Source of the DNA: an uncultured archaeon | GTDB lineage: Archaea; Asgardarchaeota; Heimdallarchaeia; Heimdallarchaeales; Kariarchaeaceae | Reading direction: 5' to 3' | Assembly: GCA_964645535.1 (NCBI GenBank) | Contig: CAZYCQ010000011.1 | Coordinates: 1 to 64,000, forward strand | Length of the DNA: 64,000 nucleotides | In this document: in pieces, positions 30,772 to 42,100 of the stretch | Position numbering within the stretch: the first letter of the stretch is position 1 | How the letters are laid out: the number at the start of each line of letters is the position of its first letter | The notes under the pieces: model-generated | The model's input: the letters and a program-made list of their open reading frames with translations, nothing else | Told to the model about the DNA's origin: nothing | Database searches by the model: none | Made by a program: the position numbers and the translations under genes

Positions 30772-31920
30772 TTAGCTGAAAACCTTACGGATTGTCTCCC
30801 CTACATGTTGCCGTTCCTTATCTGTCAGACTTGGCACAATGGGAATCTCAAAGTGGTTTGGACCTATCTGTTCTGATATAGGGCAATGGACCTTTGAATA
30901 TTCTGGATATTTGATACATCTGCTCCATCTCCATTCCTGTATCTTTCTGAAGTTTTCCTGTTGGTAACTCAATGTCGAATAGATGGGTCGTGCCATGACA
31001 TTTTGTTCCTTGAATTTTTCAATTGCATCTGATGGTTTGACCTTTGAATTCCGTGTATCTATGGCGAAAATGTAATCTGCGTGTGTAAATCCTTTGGGGA
31101 TGTGTTGATAATCAATGTCATCAATGTCATCGATAATTTTCCTATAATGGGCTGCATTCATGGATCGTTTCTTAAGAAGATCTGGTAGTCTATCCATCTG
31201 TACTGAGGCAATTGCACCCTGAAGATCGGTCATCCTGTAATTAAACCCTACCCGGACATGCTTGTATCCTCCTTCAAGTGTCCTCCCATGGTTTTTCAAG
31301 GATTCAACTTTTTCCGCTAGTTCTTCATTGTTAGTGACAACCACTCCTCCTTCCCCTGAAATCAGGTTTTTGGTTGCATAAAGGGAAAATGTTGCAATAT
31401 CTCCAAAATTGCCGGCATGAACCCCGTCAATCTTTGCACCATGTGCCTGTGCCGCATCTTCGATCAGAATCAGATTTTTATCATCTGCAAGATCTCTGAA
31501 TGCTTTCATGTCTGCTGGCAATCCGAAAATATGGACTGGCATGATTGCCTTTGTTTTCTCTGTTATGGCCTCTTCAACCTTCTCTGGATCAAGATTCCAT
31601 GTGTCCGATTGGACGTCGACGAATTTTGGTACTGCTCCTACAAAAAGAATTGAATTTGAAGTGGCAATGAACGTAAATGGAGTAGTTATCACCTCATCGC
31701 CCGGTTGTAAACCTACTGCCTCCATTGCTAAATGAAGTGCAGCTGTACCATTTGCACAGGTAATGGCATGCTTGACACCAGTAAACCGCTGAAATTTCTC
31801 CTCAAACTCTTTCGAAAATTTTCCTTCAATCAACCTTTTAGAATCAAGTACCTCCAAAACTGCTTCTCTCTCCTTTTCAGTGAGAGAAACATCCACAAAG
31901 GGAATAACCCGTTCGTTCAT
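30772..31920 (-). CDS. DegT/DnrJ/EryC1/StrS sugar aminotransferase
   Basis: NGTAALHLA, IEDAAQAHGA, SLYATKNLISGEGG, GFNYRM. Confidence 0.93.
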   Translation of the reverse strand: MNERVIPFVDVSLTEKEREAVLEVLDSKRLIEGKFSKEFEEKFQRFTGVKHAITCANGTAALHLAMEAVGLQPGDEVITTPFTFIATSNSILFVGAVPKFVDVQSDTWNLDPEKVEEAITEKTKAIMPVHIFGLPADMKAFRDLADDKNLILIEDAAQAHGAKIDGVHAGNFGDIATFSLYATKNLISGEGGVVVTNNEELAEKVESLKNHGRTLEGGYKHVRVGFNYRMTDLQGAIASVQMDRLPDLLKKRSMNAAHYRKIIDDIDDIDYQHIPKGFTHADYIFAIDTRNSKVKPSDAIEKFKEQNVMARPIYSTLSYQQENFRKIQEWRWSRCIKYPEYSKVHCPISEQIGPNHFEIPIVPSLTDKERQHVGETIRKVFS

Positions 31921-31982
31921 TGTGATACACGTAGCTTAATTGTATATTACGTTGTTCATTCATTCGGAAATTTTAAGGAAAT

Positions 31983-32318
31983 TCATGAGACTGTTATGTC
32001 CAATTCTTTGTTTCCTGCCCTTCCTCTGACTACCAGTTTCCATAATCCACTGGAAGGAACAACTAAACGTTCTGTAAATTGGAAAGGTTGGATCACCATT
32101 AAAGCCATTCCTGGTCCTCTGCGACCTAGATGATCCACCACTATTACATGGTTGTTCTCATCCACTTTGATCTTCGTATCAACATGTTTCCATGAGGGAT
32201 TGGGCCATTCTGCGTTTACTTCGATTGTAAATGGTTCTCCTGCACGAACTGTTTGAGGTACCTTCACTGACTTAATATACGGTGGAGATACATTTCCGGT
32301 CATTCCCATATTTATCAC
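31983..32318 (-). CDS. Hypothetical beta-sandwich protein
   Basis: 111-aa ORF overlapping the hbd stop; alternating beta pattern; start could be a few codons later. Confidence 0.6.
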   Translation of the reverse strand: MINMGMTGNVSPPYIKSVKVPQTVRAGEPFTIEVNAEWPNPSWKHVDTKIKVDENNHVIVVDHLGRRGPGMALMVIQPFQFTERLVVPSSGLWKLVVRGRAGNKELDITVS

Positions 32319-33166
32319 TTGTATTCAAAGAAGCCTTTTCCTGTCTTGATGCCGAGGTTGCCTTCCTCAACCAATTTGACTAGGATTTCCGCAGGTTTGT
32401 AGCATTCACCAAAAGCCCTTTCCATGGTTCTTTGGCTAGCAAGCGCGACATCAAGCCCAACCATATCTGCTAAAGTCAGAGGTCCTACTGGGAAATTTGC
32501 ACCTAATACTAGGGCCTTATCAATATCTTCTGCCGCTGCTACTCCTTCATCAAGAAGCTTTGCAGCTTCATTCAATGCTGGAAGCAAGACCCTATTGACT
32601 ATAAACCCAGGTGAATCCTTGGTTACTATGGGTTGTTTCCCTAGTTTTTGCACAAAAGCAATTGCTTTCTCCTTAACATCCTCAGAGGTTTCTTTTCCGA
32701 GAACTACCTCAACTAATTTCATGGCTGCTGGTGGATTGAAGAAATGTAGTCCGATTACCCTTTCTGGCTTTTTGACAACTGTTGAGATCTCTGTAATTGA
32801 AAGGGTGCTTGTGTTTGAGGCAAGGATGGTCTTCTCATCCGCCAAGTCTGACAGATTGGAAAAGACCTCCTTTTTGACATCCATGTCTTCAAAAACTGCT
32901 TCGATGACTAGATGTGCCCCTTCCAGAGCCTCTTTCATGTCAAGGGTGGCTTTAATCCTTTGAAATACTTTCTGTCCTTCTGCTGGGGACATTTTGCCCC
33001 TGTCAATGCCTTGCATCAATGCTTGTTTGATTTTCTCCATGCCTGCATCAAGAAACTTCTGTTCTCGATCAAGGACGGTTACATTATACCCTGCTACAGC
33101 GGATACGTATGCAATCCCTGAGCCCATGGCCCCAGTACCGATTACGACGATATTCTGAATATCCAT
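32315..33166 (-). CDS. hbd: 3-hydroxyacyl(butyryl)-CoA dehydrogenase
   Basis: GTGAMGSGIA, VIEAVFE, SNTS, GLHFFNP, PGFIVNR, GIKTGKGF. Confidence 0.93.
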   Translation of the reverse strand: MDIQNIVVIGTGAMGSGIAYVSAVAGYNVTVLDREQKFLDAGMEKIKQALMQGIDRGKMSPAEGQKVFQRIKATLDMKEALEGAHLVIEAVFEDMDVKKEVFSNLSDLADEKTILASNTSTLSITEISTVVKKPERVIGLHFFNPPAAMKLVEVVLGKETSEDVKEKAIAFVQKLGKQPIVTKDSPGFIVNRVLLPALNEAAKLLDEGVAAAEDIDKALVLGANFPVGPLTLADMVGLDVALASQRTMERAFGECYKPAEILVKLVEEGNLGIKTGKGFFEYK

Positions 33167-33356
33167 GGATGAAAGTCAACTCTTTGCTTTATGTATTTTA
33201 AGGAGGCATCCCAATCGATTTGAAAAAAAGGCCGTCATTTTCTGACTCTCACAATTTCTTTTTCCTAAAAAAAATCTTGATTTTGTGAAAAACCAATGCC
33301 CCTGCGAGATAACTATTATATTCTGATAAAATATTTGGGCTCAGAAAGGTGATCAA

Positions 33357-34151
33357 ATGAGTACCGTCATTTACAGTAAAGAAGGAACCTTCCTTAGTAC
33401 CACTCAGAACATCGCAAAAATCACCCTGAACAAGCCTGCATCACTCAATGCATTGGGACCGGATCTTGTGGCAGACTTGGAAAATGCCATTGATCAAGCT
33501 TTGAACGATGATGACATCCGAACCATCATCATTACCGGTGAAGGTAAGGCATTCTGTGCAGGTGCCGATCTTAAAGCTCTCAGCAAGCTCAGTCCTGAAG
33601 AAGCCCATGAATATTCCATAAAGGGTCAAGCTCTCTTCCGCAAAATTGAACAAGCTCCAAAAGCAGTGATTGCCGCAATTAATGGAATCTGCCTTGGTGG
33701 GGGACTTGAATTGGCTATGGCTTGCGATATACGTGTAGCTGCTAAAGAAATCAAACTTGGGTTGCCCGAAGTTTCATTGGGTTTAATCCCTGCATGGGGC
33801 GGTTCTCAACGACTTCCTTATCTTGTAGGCATGTCCAAGGCTCGAGAAATGATTCTAACTGGATCCATGATTACCTCTGAAGAGGCTCTTGAAATCGGTC
33901 TTGTAAGCAAGGTCGTTCCTGCAGATGAGTTGCAAGCGACTGCAGCATTCTTGGCAACCAAGATTGGTGATAATGCTCCTCTTGCTATCAAATATGCTAA
34001 AGAAGCATTAAATGCAAGCAGAACTTTAAGTATTGAGGATGGCAATAAACTAGAATTGGAGATAGCTGATAAACTCGCTGCCTCTGAAGACCTTCGTGAA
34101 GGCATTACCGCGTTCGCGGAAAAACGAAAGCCAGTCTTCAAAGGCAAGTAA
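33357..34151 (+). CDS. Enoyl-CoA hydratase (crotonase)
   Basis: AFCAGADL, GGGLELAMACD, GLPEVSLGLIP. Confidence 0.93.
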   Translation: MSTVIYSKEGTFLSTTQNIAKITLNKPASLNALGPDLVADLENAIDQALNDDDIRTIIITGEGKAFCAGADLKALSKLSPEEAHEYSIKGQALFRKIEQAPKAVIAAINGICLGGGLELAMACDIRVAAKEIKLGLPEVSLGLIPAWGGSQRLPYLVGMSKAREMILTGSMITSEEALEIGLVSKVVPADELQATAAFLATKIGDNAPLAIKYAKEALNASRTLSIEDGNKLELEIADKLAASEDLREGITAFAEKRKPVFKGK

Positions 34152-34158
34152 GCAAGCT

Positions 34159-35334
34159 ATGGTGAAAAACAAAATGGATGAAGACGTCGTAATAGTCGGT
34201 GGAGGACATTCCAAATTTGGCAAACGCAAGGGTCTTGGTATCCGAGAATTGGCCTTTGAAGCCGTTGAATCTCTGATGCAGGACTTTAAGTTAAGTCTTG
34301 ATGACATTGATGCTTCCGTTATCGGAATTGCTGGTGAAGAATTCTCTGGTCAAGGTGCTCCAGCAGCAGTTATCAATGACGAAATTGGCATGGCAGGTAA
34401 ACCCACTCTCCGTGTGGAATCTGCATGTGCAACTGGAACTGCTGCAATTAAAGCGGCTTATGGATGGATCAAGGCAGGATTGTATGATTCTGTCCTTGTT
34501 TTAGGTGTCGAGAAAATGACTTCAGTCTCCTCAGCTCGTGCAACGGAATTGATGGCAAGGGCAGGAGATGTCCGTTGGGAATCACCTTATGGCTGTACAT
34601 TCCCTGGATACTACGCCCTTTTTGCCAGTGCACACATGAAAGAGTATGGGACAACAAAAGAAATGCTCTCATCAGTTGGGGTTAAGGCGCATCACTATGG
34701 TGCAATGAATCCATTGGCTCACCTGCAAAAGGAAGTAACTCTTTCGGAAGCCATGAATTCGGTTCCTATTGCTCATCCCTTGAATCTCTATGATTGTTCA
34801 TTGATTTCTGATGGTGCCGCAGCGGTCGTGCTGACTAAAGAAAGTCTCGCCAAAAAGTTCACAGATGATCCCATCAAGATCAAAGGGATTGGTTCCGGAT
34901 CGGATACCATGCAAGTTGCTCACCGAAAATCCCTGACTTCTCTGCAAGGTGCAAAAGATGCCGCACGAAAAGCCTATGCTATGGCAGGCATTACTCCTGA
35001 TGATGTAGATGTGGCAGAAGTACACGATTGTTTCACCATTGCAGAAATCATTGCAACAGAAGATTTGGGATTCTTTGAGCCCGGGCAAGGCGGACCTGCT
35101 GCTTTGGATCAACAAACCTACATCGGTGGTAAAATACCTGTGAATGTCGATGGAGGACTCAAATCAAAAGGTCATCCACTTGGTGCAACTGGTGTCTCCC
35201 AAGCCTATGAACTTCGAAAACAGTTGCTGGGTGAAGCTGGCAAAAGACAAGTGGACGGTGCGAAGATTGGATTGAGCCATAATGTTGGCCAATCTGGTCA
35301 GTTCGTCAATGTAATAATATATGGAAGGGATTGA
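34159..35334 (+). CDS. Thiolase (archaeal acetyl-CoA acetyltransferase / SCP2-like type)
   Basis: ESACATG, EVHDCF, KGHPLGATG, HNVG. Start set at ATG 34159. Confidence 0.92.
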   Translation: MVKNKMDEDVVIVGGGHSKFGKRKGLGIRELAFEAVESLMQDFKLSLDDIDASVIGIAGEEFSGQGAPAAVINDEIGMAGKPTLRVESACATGTAAIKAAYGWIKAGLYDSVLVLGVEKMTSVSSARATELMARAGDVRWESPYGCTFPGYYALFASAHMKEYGTTKEMLSSVGVKAHHYGAMNPLAHLQKEVTLSEAMNSVPIAHPLNLYDCSLISDGAAAVVLTKESLAKKFTDDPIKIKGIGSGSDTMQVAHRKSLTSLQGAKDAARKAYAMAGITPDDVDVAEVHDCFTIAEIIATEDLGFFEPGQGGPAALDQQTYIGGKIPVNVDGGLKSKGHPLGATGVSQAYELRKQLLGEAGKRQVDGAKIGLSHNVGQSGQFVNVIIYGRD

Positions 35335-35335
35335 G

Positions 35336-35755
35336 ATGTCTGAACAAGAGCTTAAATTTGGTTATGTTACCTATGAAGAGGTTGTTCCAATCACCTCCGA
35401 ATTCGCAAAAAACCTTCTCCAAGGAAAGATTGTTGGCAATAAATGTTCTAAATGTGGTCAAGTCTATCTCCCTCCTCGTTCCGGGTGCTCAAAATGTCTT
35501 AGTAGGGATTTGGTTCCATATGAAATTGAATCTCCTGAAGCGACATTGCGTGCATTCACCGTTATTCATTTTGCACCAGAATCCTTTTCAGATAAGGCTC
35601 CCTACATCGTGGCAATTGGTGAATTTGCAGATGGGACTGGGGTCTTGGCTCACCTCACTGGAATCACCTCTATGCCACAGGTAGGCATGAAAATCAAACT
35701 TGTGGCACAAGAGATCGATAAGGGAAGAGTAGTGTATAAATTCGTCAAAGCATAA
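35336..35755 (+). CDS. DUF35 Zn-ribbon/OB-fold thiolase partner
   Basis: CSKCG..YLPPRSGCSKC plus OB fold, directly after the thiolase. Confidence 0.9.
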   Translation: MSEQELKFGYVTYEEVVPITSEFAKNLLQGKIVGNKCSKCGQVYLPPRSGCSKCLSRDLVPYEIESPEATLRAFTVIHFAPESFSDKAPYIVAIGEFADGTGVLAHLTGITSMPQVGMKIKLVAQEIDKGRVVYKFVKA

Positions 35756-35826
35756 ATTCCACCCAAAACTTACACACACTATCGATAATTAAAAAAGACA
35801 ATTGTTGTATCGCGATATGTTAACCC

Positions 35827-36996
35827 ATGAAAGTTCAATATGTGCTTCTGATTCTTCTCTTGGCATCTTCATTGATCCCAGCGTCTGGACAGGAAGTCGA
35901 GGATAAATATGTTATACTCTTCGATCAATCTCATGGACAATATTTCACCTTGGACATGATGAAAACCGCGTTTGAATCGCTCAGTGCGCTCGAAGACAGG
36001 TATGGTACTGAAATTGTCGTAAGGCCTTTGAATGATAAATTCAACTCAACCAACCTGCAAGGTGCTGATTTGGTAATCATTTCGAATCCAGAAAGTGGTG
36101 GCTTTGCACTCACTGAAGAGAAGAGGGCTCTGGCAGATTTTGTTGAGGCTGGTGGAAGCACCCTTTACATGGGCAATCCATATTCCGAAGACAAGAATAT
36201 CACTGGAAATCCCTCATTACTGAATGACATGATGAGCAGCAATTTCCAGACAAAAGCCGCATTTCAAACGGCACAGGATTCCACTACCGATCCGACCGTG
36301 GTTGTGGATGACTTCAACAATGATGGAAACTTTACCCATGTTATTGTCACACCAGACAATCTTGATGCAGAGGTTGTCTATAAGGGACCTGTTCCCGGAT
36401 TTACCAATGTATCCGAGGTTCTGTACTATGGATCTGCTGTGATAGACAAGGATGAAGTCTCAAGTCTGTTCAAAAAGATTATTCACGGTAATTTTTCCGA
36501 AACGGCCTATGCTGTTGATGCACAATTTGATCCTGCAGTCCTTTCACAGGAGTTTTTCTGGTTGGTAGGCAAGGAATATGAAAACGGTCGGTCAATGGCA
36601 GTCGGTAGTACTATTATGTTCAGTGATTTGCCTTATGACAACAACACAAAATGGATTGACCAAAAGGACAACTTAAAACTTTTCCAGAACCTAATTGCTT
36701 GGTTACTTCAAATCACTCCTGCAAAAGAAGAAAAACCTATTATCGAACAAGCCTTCAGTTTCTTTGTTTCTCTTGATATTGGTGTAGCAATTGGGCTGAC
36801 CGTCCTGTTCCTTCTCATGGTGTTCTCCTATCTCATCATCAACGGAAAACTTTCTCCTTCCGAAATTACCAATGTTGGCTTGGGTCACTCCAAAATAACA
36901 AAAGAACAACTTGCTTCTCAAAAGAAGGTTCAGAAAAAGACTGCAACACCAACTTCTTCAAAAAGGAAAAAACGAAAACGAGGTCAAGTCAAGTAA
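35827..36996 (+). CDS. Type I membrane protein with GldG/IFT52 (GIFT, GATase-like) ectodomain
   Basis: Signal peptide; ILFDQSHGQ, ADLVIISNP, EKRALADFVEAGGSTL, DNLKLFQNLIAWL; TM and Lys-rich tail. Confidence 0.7.
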   Translation: MKVQYVLLILLLASSLIPASGQEVEDKYVILFDQSHGQYFTLDMMKTAFESLSALEDRYGTEIVVRPLNDKFNSTNLQGADLVIISNPESGGFALTEEKRALADFVEAGGSTLYMGNPYSEDKNITGNPSLLNDMMSSNFQTKAAFQTAQDSTTDPTVVVDDFNNDGNFTHVIVTPDNLDAEVVYKGPVPGFTNVSEVLYYGSAVIDKDEVSSLFKKIIHGNFSETAYAVDAQFDPAVLSQEFFWLVGKEYENGRSMAVGSTIMFSDLPYDNNTKWIDQKDNLKLFQNLIAWLLQITPAKEEKPIIEQAFSFFVSLDIGVAIGLTVLFLLMVFSYLIINGKLSPSEITNVGLGHSKITKEQLASQKKVQKKTATPTSSKRKKRKRGQVK

Positions 36997-39163
36997 ATTC
37001 CATGTTCAATCCCCTTGCTTCCGCATCCAATATTGCTTCTCCTCCAAATAATCCTCTCAATGTCCTGCCGTTGATTTTCCCAATTGATCCCCAACTTCCC
37101 CAATAGTCATTGTATTGCTGTATAAAGTTCTGAAATATATTGAGAACCTCATCCCTGTTTATCCATTCCTTCCGAATCCTGAGATTGACAACATATCTTA
37201 TTCTTTGTCCGGATTCTGCAATATGATTTACATTTGACATGGAAATGTACCCTATCAGATTGGAACCTCTGAATACCATCATTCCATTATTTAATTCTGT
37301 CAGTGAACGGGGTTGCAATATTGGAAACAATTGAATCATCATGGGAAAATAAATGATTGACAAAGGGTCTTCAAACGGGATAAAATACATTTCATCTTTG
37401 ACATGCTTTTCCTTCTTGATCTCATCCGATCTTCCCTTATAGGCAAATTGCAGGTCTTCATCTGGATATTTGATAAATTGCCCTTTTTCAACAATCCCTT
37501 TGTTATCCAGAAGATCAAGGGTTGTTTCTACTGTTTTGAAATCCCATCCGAAAAACCTCGAAATCATGATTGGTGTCAAAGGAAGGTGATGTTGTAAGAG
37601 TTTATCAAGCAGAAATCCCTTGGCAATATTTTCATCCATGGTTCCATATAATGAATTGATCTCCCAATTTGCAGTCGTGTCATCAAAGGAAAGAAATCCT
37701 AACCTTGCTATTCTATAACGTTTTTCAAGAAACCTTACTCTCTGCACAACTTTAGAAAAAGGAAGGTTGAGTTGTGATGACAATTCTGTGACAGTTAGGC
37801 CTGGATAGGATTCAAGAGTCTTCATTATTTTTTTGTCAATCAGGGTACTTTTCATGTCTTCTTGGTTAACATTGGAAAATGCTCTGAAGGTCTCAATTTC
37901 CATTATTCCGACTCTTCCATTACCTCCCCGACCGATTTTTGCATCTAAGGCTTCTAGATTTGGTTTTCTTCCTAACCTGAAAGCAAAACAGTCTAGGCTG
38001 TTTAGTTGGATGACATGATTGACTATATCTTGTTCAGATCTAAAGTCAAGAAATTGTTTCTTAAGCAACCAATCGAATCCTTTTGTTCTATCCAAGTGAC
38101 CTATTTCTTCCTTTTTGATTGTTTTTCCTTTTATGAGTTCCAAATTCCCTTGGGAAATCCGATATCCCTTTTCCATCAGATGTTTAATTGCATGTGTTGT
38201 TAACATTCCCAACTTACTGCTTCTATAATCGATTTCTGCATTAAATCCATTCTTCACACCCCATCGCTTGATCCTTTCCTGCGCCTCCTCAACCGATCCA
38301 TGTATCCACTCAAGTTCTGAAATTGACAGTTTTTTGTGTTTCAGATTTATCCGGAAAAATGCTTGTGGTATCCCCTCATGTAACAGCAGGGCTTTGTTTC
38401 CTAATGCCTTTCCTTCTTCCAGGAATATCTGACTAGCTAGTGCATCAGTGTCTTCCAAAACTACGTCTTGCACACTTTCCTTGTCGACAACAGAATCCAT
38501 GATTCCAGTGAGTGCAAATACATCCTTTTTTCCCTCCCTTAACCTGAAAGGTCTATAAAGAACTCCCTCTCGTTCCATTGAAGTCAGCACATTTGTAAAA
38601 TAATAAGGCCTAACCCCTAAAAACATGCTTATTCCATCTAATGTCATCATTCCAAAAACGCTAAACAGGTCATAGATTATGTTTTCTAAATTCTCTTTTC
38701 CCTTTTCTCCCAGAAAGACTTTCCAATGATGATAAATTCGATCTTTCCCCTTTTTTTCAATGACTACAAGCCAATCTCTCTTTAACTCAGTCACTATCTT
38801 GCTGATTTCCTTTGGGCGAATTCCTTTCTCTATCAATTCGCGATGGCTAACTGTTCTTTTCGTTTCAAGTTCTTCATAAATTGGGTTTCCTCTGTAAAAT
38901 CCTTCTGAATCAAACTTAATGAAGAAAGGGAGAAGTCGTAACAGCCTTTGCTTTCCTATTATTCTCGATCCTAATGGGGATTGAATTTCAAATGTTTCCC
39001 AATTCATTTGCTTTTTTGCATCTGTTTCCTTCATTCCATAAAACCCAATTAGGGACGTTGTTGTTCCTGTCCACCAAATTCCTTCTCTCCAATCCTTATT
39101 CTCCAATTGGTCAAGAAAACATCTGAACCTGATCTTTTGGAACTCCTTACGTGGAATTTTCAC
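36989..39163 (-). CDS. Multi-wHTH protein resembling the Lhr C-terminal / AlkZ-YcaQ glycosylase-like modules
   Basis: Several wHTH segments (PGLTVTELSSQLNL...VRFLEK) and FIPFEDPL...MVFRGSNLIG motif; 4-bp overlap with lhr. Confidence 0.6.
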   Translation of the reverse strand: MKIPRKEFQKIRFRCFLDQLENKDWREGIWWTGTTTSLIGFYGMKETDAKKQMNWETFEIQSPLGSRIIGKQRLLRLLPFFIKFDSEGFYRGNPIYEELETKRTVSHRELIEKGIRPKEISKIVTELKRDWLVVIEKKGKDRIYHHWKVFLGEKGKENLENIIYDLFSVFGMMTLDGISMFLGVRPYYFTNVLTSMEREGVLYRPFRLREGKKDVFALTGIMDSVVDKESVQDVVLEDTDALASQIFLEEGKALGNKALLLHEGIPQAFFRINLKHKKLSISELEWIHGSVEEAQERIKRWGVKNGFNAEIDYRSSKLGMLTTHAIKHLMEKGYRISQGNLELIKGKTIKKEEIGHLDRTKGFDWLLKKQFLDFRSEQDIVNHVIQLNSLDCFAFRLGRKPNLEALDAKIGRGGNGRVGIMEIETFRAFSNVNQEDMKSTLIDKKIMKTLESYPGLTVTELSSQLNLPFSKVVQRVRFLEKRYRIARLGFLSFDDTTANWEINSLYGTMDENIAKGFLLDKLLQHHLPLTPIMISRFFGWDFKTVETTLDLLDNKGIVEKGQFIKYPDEDLQFAYKGRSDEIKKEKHVKDEMYFIPFEDPLSIIYFPMMIQLFPILQPRSLTELNNGMMVFRGSNLIGYISMSNVNHIAESGQRIRYVVNLRIRKEWINRDEVLNIFQNFIQQYNDYWGSWGSIGKINGRTLRGLFGGEAILDAEARGLNMEFT

Positions 39164-42100
39164 TGGATTTCTCCTCCTATCCAGTAATTCGGTGAAAAAT
39201 CGTTTATTTTCTTGATTCCTATCCTATTGTACCCTAACCCAAATCCATGGTTTTCAATTAACCTAAAAACTTCTGTCATTTCATTCTTCCCAATGTCATG
39301 TGGAAAATGAATATTTTCAATAAAAAATGTGTCTGACTTCCCTTTAGTTCTCGCTAATGCAATTGGTCTACCATAATTAAGAACAAGCAAATTCGCTCCG
39401 GACAGAGGGGGAATGACAATCTTCACAATTCCCATTAAAATTCGAGAAATATCAGTTATTAGCCACCATTCCAAAAACAATTCTGATCGATTTTTCATTT
39501 TTACGACTTCTAAATCAAGATTATGGAAATAATACGGTGTTCTGTTCTCATCAAGAATATACTTTACTTCCCCTTGCATAACCATATCTGCTAGATTTGA
39601 CAGAAGAAGATGGTTTGGTATTTTACTCAATTCCTCTAACTCTATTAGCGTCAACAGAAGGTTGTGTCTCAAAAGTGAACGAATGTTATCCTTTGTATCC
39701 TTTCCCATGAACTTCTCATATCTGTAAATTCCCTTTTTCACACTAACCTTGCCTTTCTTAATCCAATCTTCCAAAATCCTGTGGTAATCCCCTGATTGGT
39801 AATGATTTGCAAACTGTTTTTCCGTGAACCATTCAAAAGTTTTCAGAAAAGTTGCTACATTATCGGGTCTTTTTCTCCTTCCTGTGATTCCAATCAATTT
39901 CAGTTCAATCACATCCTCAATTCTCAAAGGAACTCCAATGAGCCTTTCAGAAATGAGATAATCTCTGTCTAGCTGAAATCCATATCTTTGAAATAATGAC
40001 GTAACAACATTTAGTTCCTGTTGATTCAATGATTGGCCATTGATTTCCTCAATTGTGATAACAATACTTCTGAAAAATTCCTTTCCCACTTTTATGATTT
40101 CCTTTATCATTGGTTCAAGGAATCTCCGTTCATAAAGTAAAACCCTTTTCATGCTTATATTGAGGATCTGAAGTAAATCCCTTTTCTGGTGTATGAACTC
40201 TACGGATCCCACTATATCTCCATCATAAAGTATGGCGAATGATCCATATCTGGGATGTATCCATTCTTGATGAAATTTCCCTCGTAAAAGGAAAATTGGA
40301 TCTTCCCATGGTACCAGTAATACTTTCTCAGAATTGGTGGTTTTGAAATCCTCACTGACGTCAAGATAATAGGTAATTCCTCCAACTAATAATGAACTGA
40401 TTTCTCCCTTCTCCACTAAATATTCAATTGCTTGTTCTACATCCACATATGGAATTTTTAGGAGGGTTAAAAGATCATCAATAGTAACTGCATTATACCA
40501 TCGGATTATTTCTCTAAGAATCTCTTCTAGTGCTTCTTTTTTGGTTTTTTCAACCTCATTTGGGTCGGGAAGTGCAATAAACTGTTGATTTTGCGTAAAC
40601 TTGCTGATAACCCCTTCCCCAACTCTTCCAACATACAGGAGGTTTTCAAGAAGCCTTATGGTTTCCCTGACTTTTTGTCTGTTGAACCCTGTAGTCTCTA
40701 CAATTTGCATAAAAGAAATGCCGGGTCTTTCTCCAATTAGTTGAAAAACAATTCTTTCATCATCTGATAATTGTTCATTTCTCCCAATGATTTTAGCCAT
40801 TAATCTCGCATGATGTGAAGTAACTAAAACAAGCCCTCCCCCTAGAAAACGACCAAAATAAAGCTCTTTATGTTCAAGCCCGTTGAGCAATGAACCCCAT
40901 GTGAACTTGGACATCCTCTGAAATAATGAAAGAAAATGTCTAATGGGTCCACTAAATTCAAGAACACTCACGATATCTTCATTTCCCTGCTCAATTCCAT
41001 GTAACAGTCTGAGGTATCGTTTTCGGAAAATCGATTCATCGTTGATATTTTTTCTTGAAAATTTGAGTGAAAGACGGTCATAATCTTTTCTCGTAAGATA
41101 TCGTAACTGTTGATCGATAATGTTCCCCCCTACAATTTCACCTCGTTGCAAAAGCCGCTCAACTGCTCCTTGCACAATATTTTCCGCAAAGGCTAAGTGG
41201 TGACATATTTCCTGTTTTGAGAGCGGGCCTCTTGTGAACAAAAGATGGTAGATCAAATATTCCGCTGCTTCTTCAGTGCCTAAGTTTCTTGCAAATTCAT
41301 TAATGGATATGTTCTGTTTTTCTTTTCTTCCATTTTCGAAATTATACACTTCTGCTTCCTTTATCCCCCCTATAACCAAAAAGGCCAACAATTGGAATAA
41401 CTCAAATATTCGATTTTTGTAGATCCATCCTATGATTGGTCCGTCAAAGCCCCTGAAATGCCTGTTCATTTCCTCTATCGGAACTCCTCTCCCTGCTCTA
41501 AGTAAAATGAATTCACAAATCCGTTCCTTGGTGAATTCCACACTTTTGAGTTTACTGGAAAAATATTCCCCTACCATTTCTTTATCAAAAACTGCATTCT
41601 GCTCACCCAGCATTCGGCTTACAACCTGCTTGTGAAGTGATAGAAGTAATTCACGACGGTTTTCCATCAAAATGACATCAACATTTGATGAGAGAAGAAT
41701 TTCGTGTGTCATGGGACTTGGAACTTTGACATTGGGGAAAAACACACAATCGATTTTGTTTGATTTTATTGCTCTAATTACCCTCTTCGCATTTTCCATA
41801 TCAAAAATTTCTGTGAAAATCTCTTTCTCAGTCTCCCTAAGGAGAGGGAAATCTGGTTCTAAATACTTTAGCAATCTTTGTGCCGCTTGAAACTGTTGTT
41901 CTGGACTTCGTTTAAATTTTGTTGATCGTTTCAAAATCATTAGACTTCGAACTGCGACATGCCTAAATCTAAGCTTAAATTGCTCAGTTTTTGTTATGGA
42001 TGTACGAACCAGTGTTTCAATGTCATCGGGGGAACCAACCAAATCAAATGGATTTTTCGAAAATCTGAAACCTGGGGGCAAAACAAGGGCAAATCCATTA

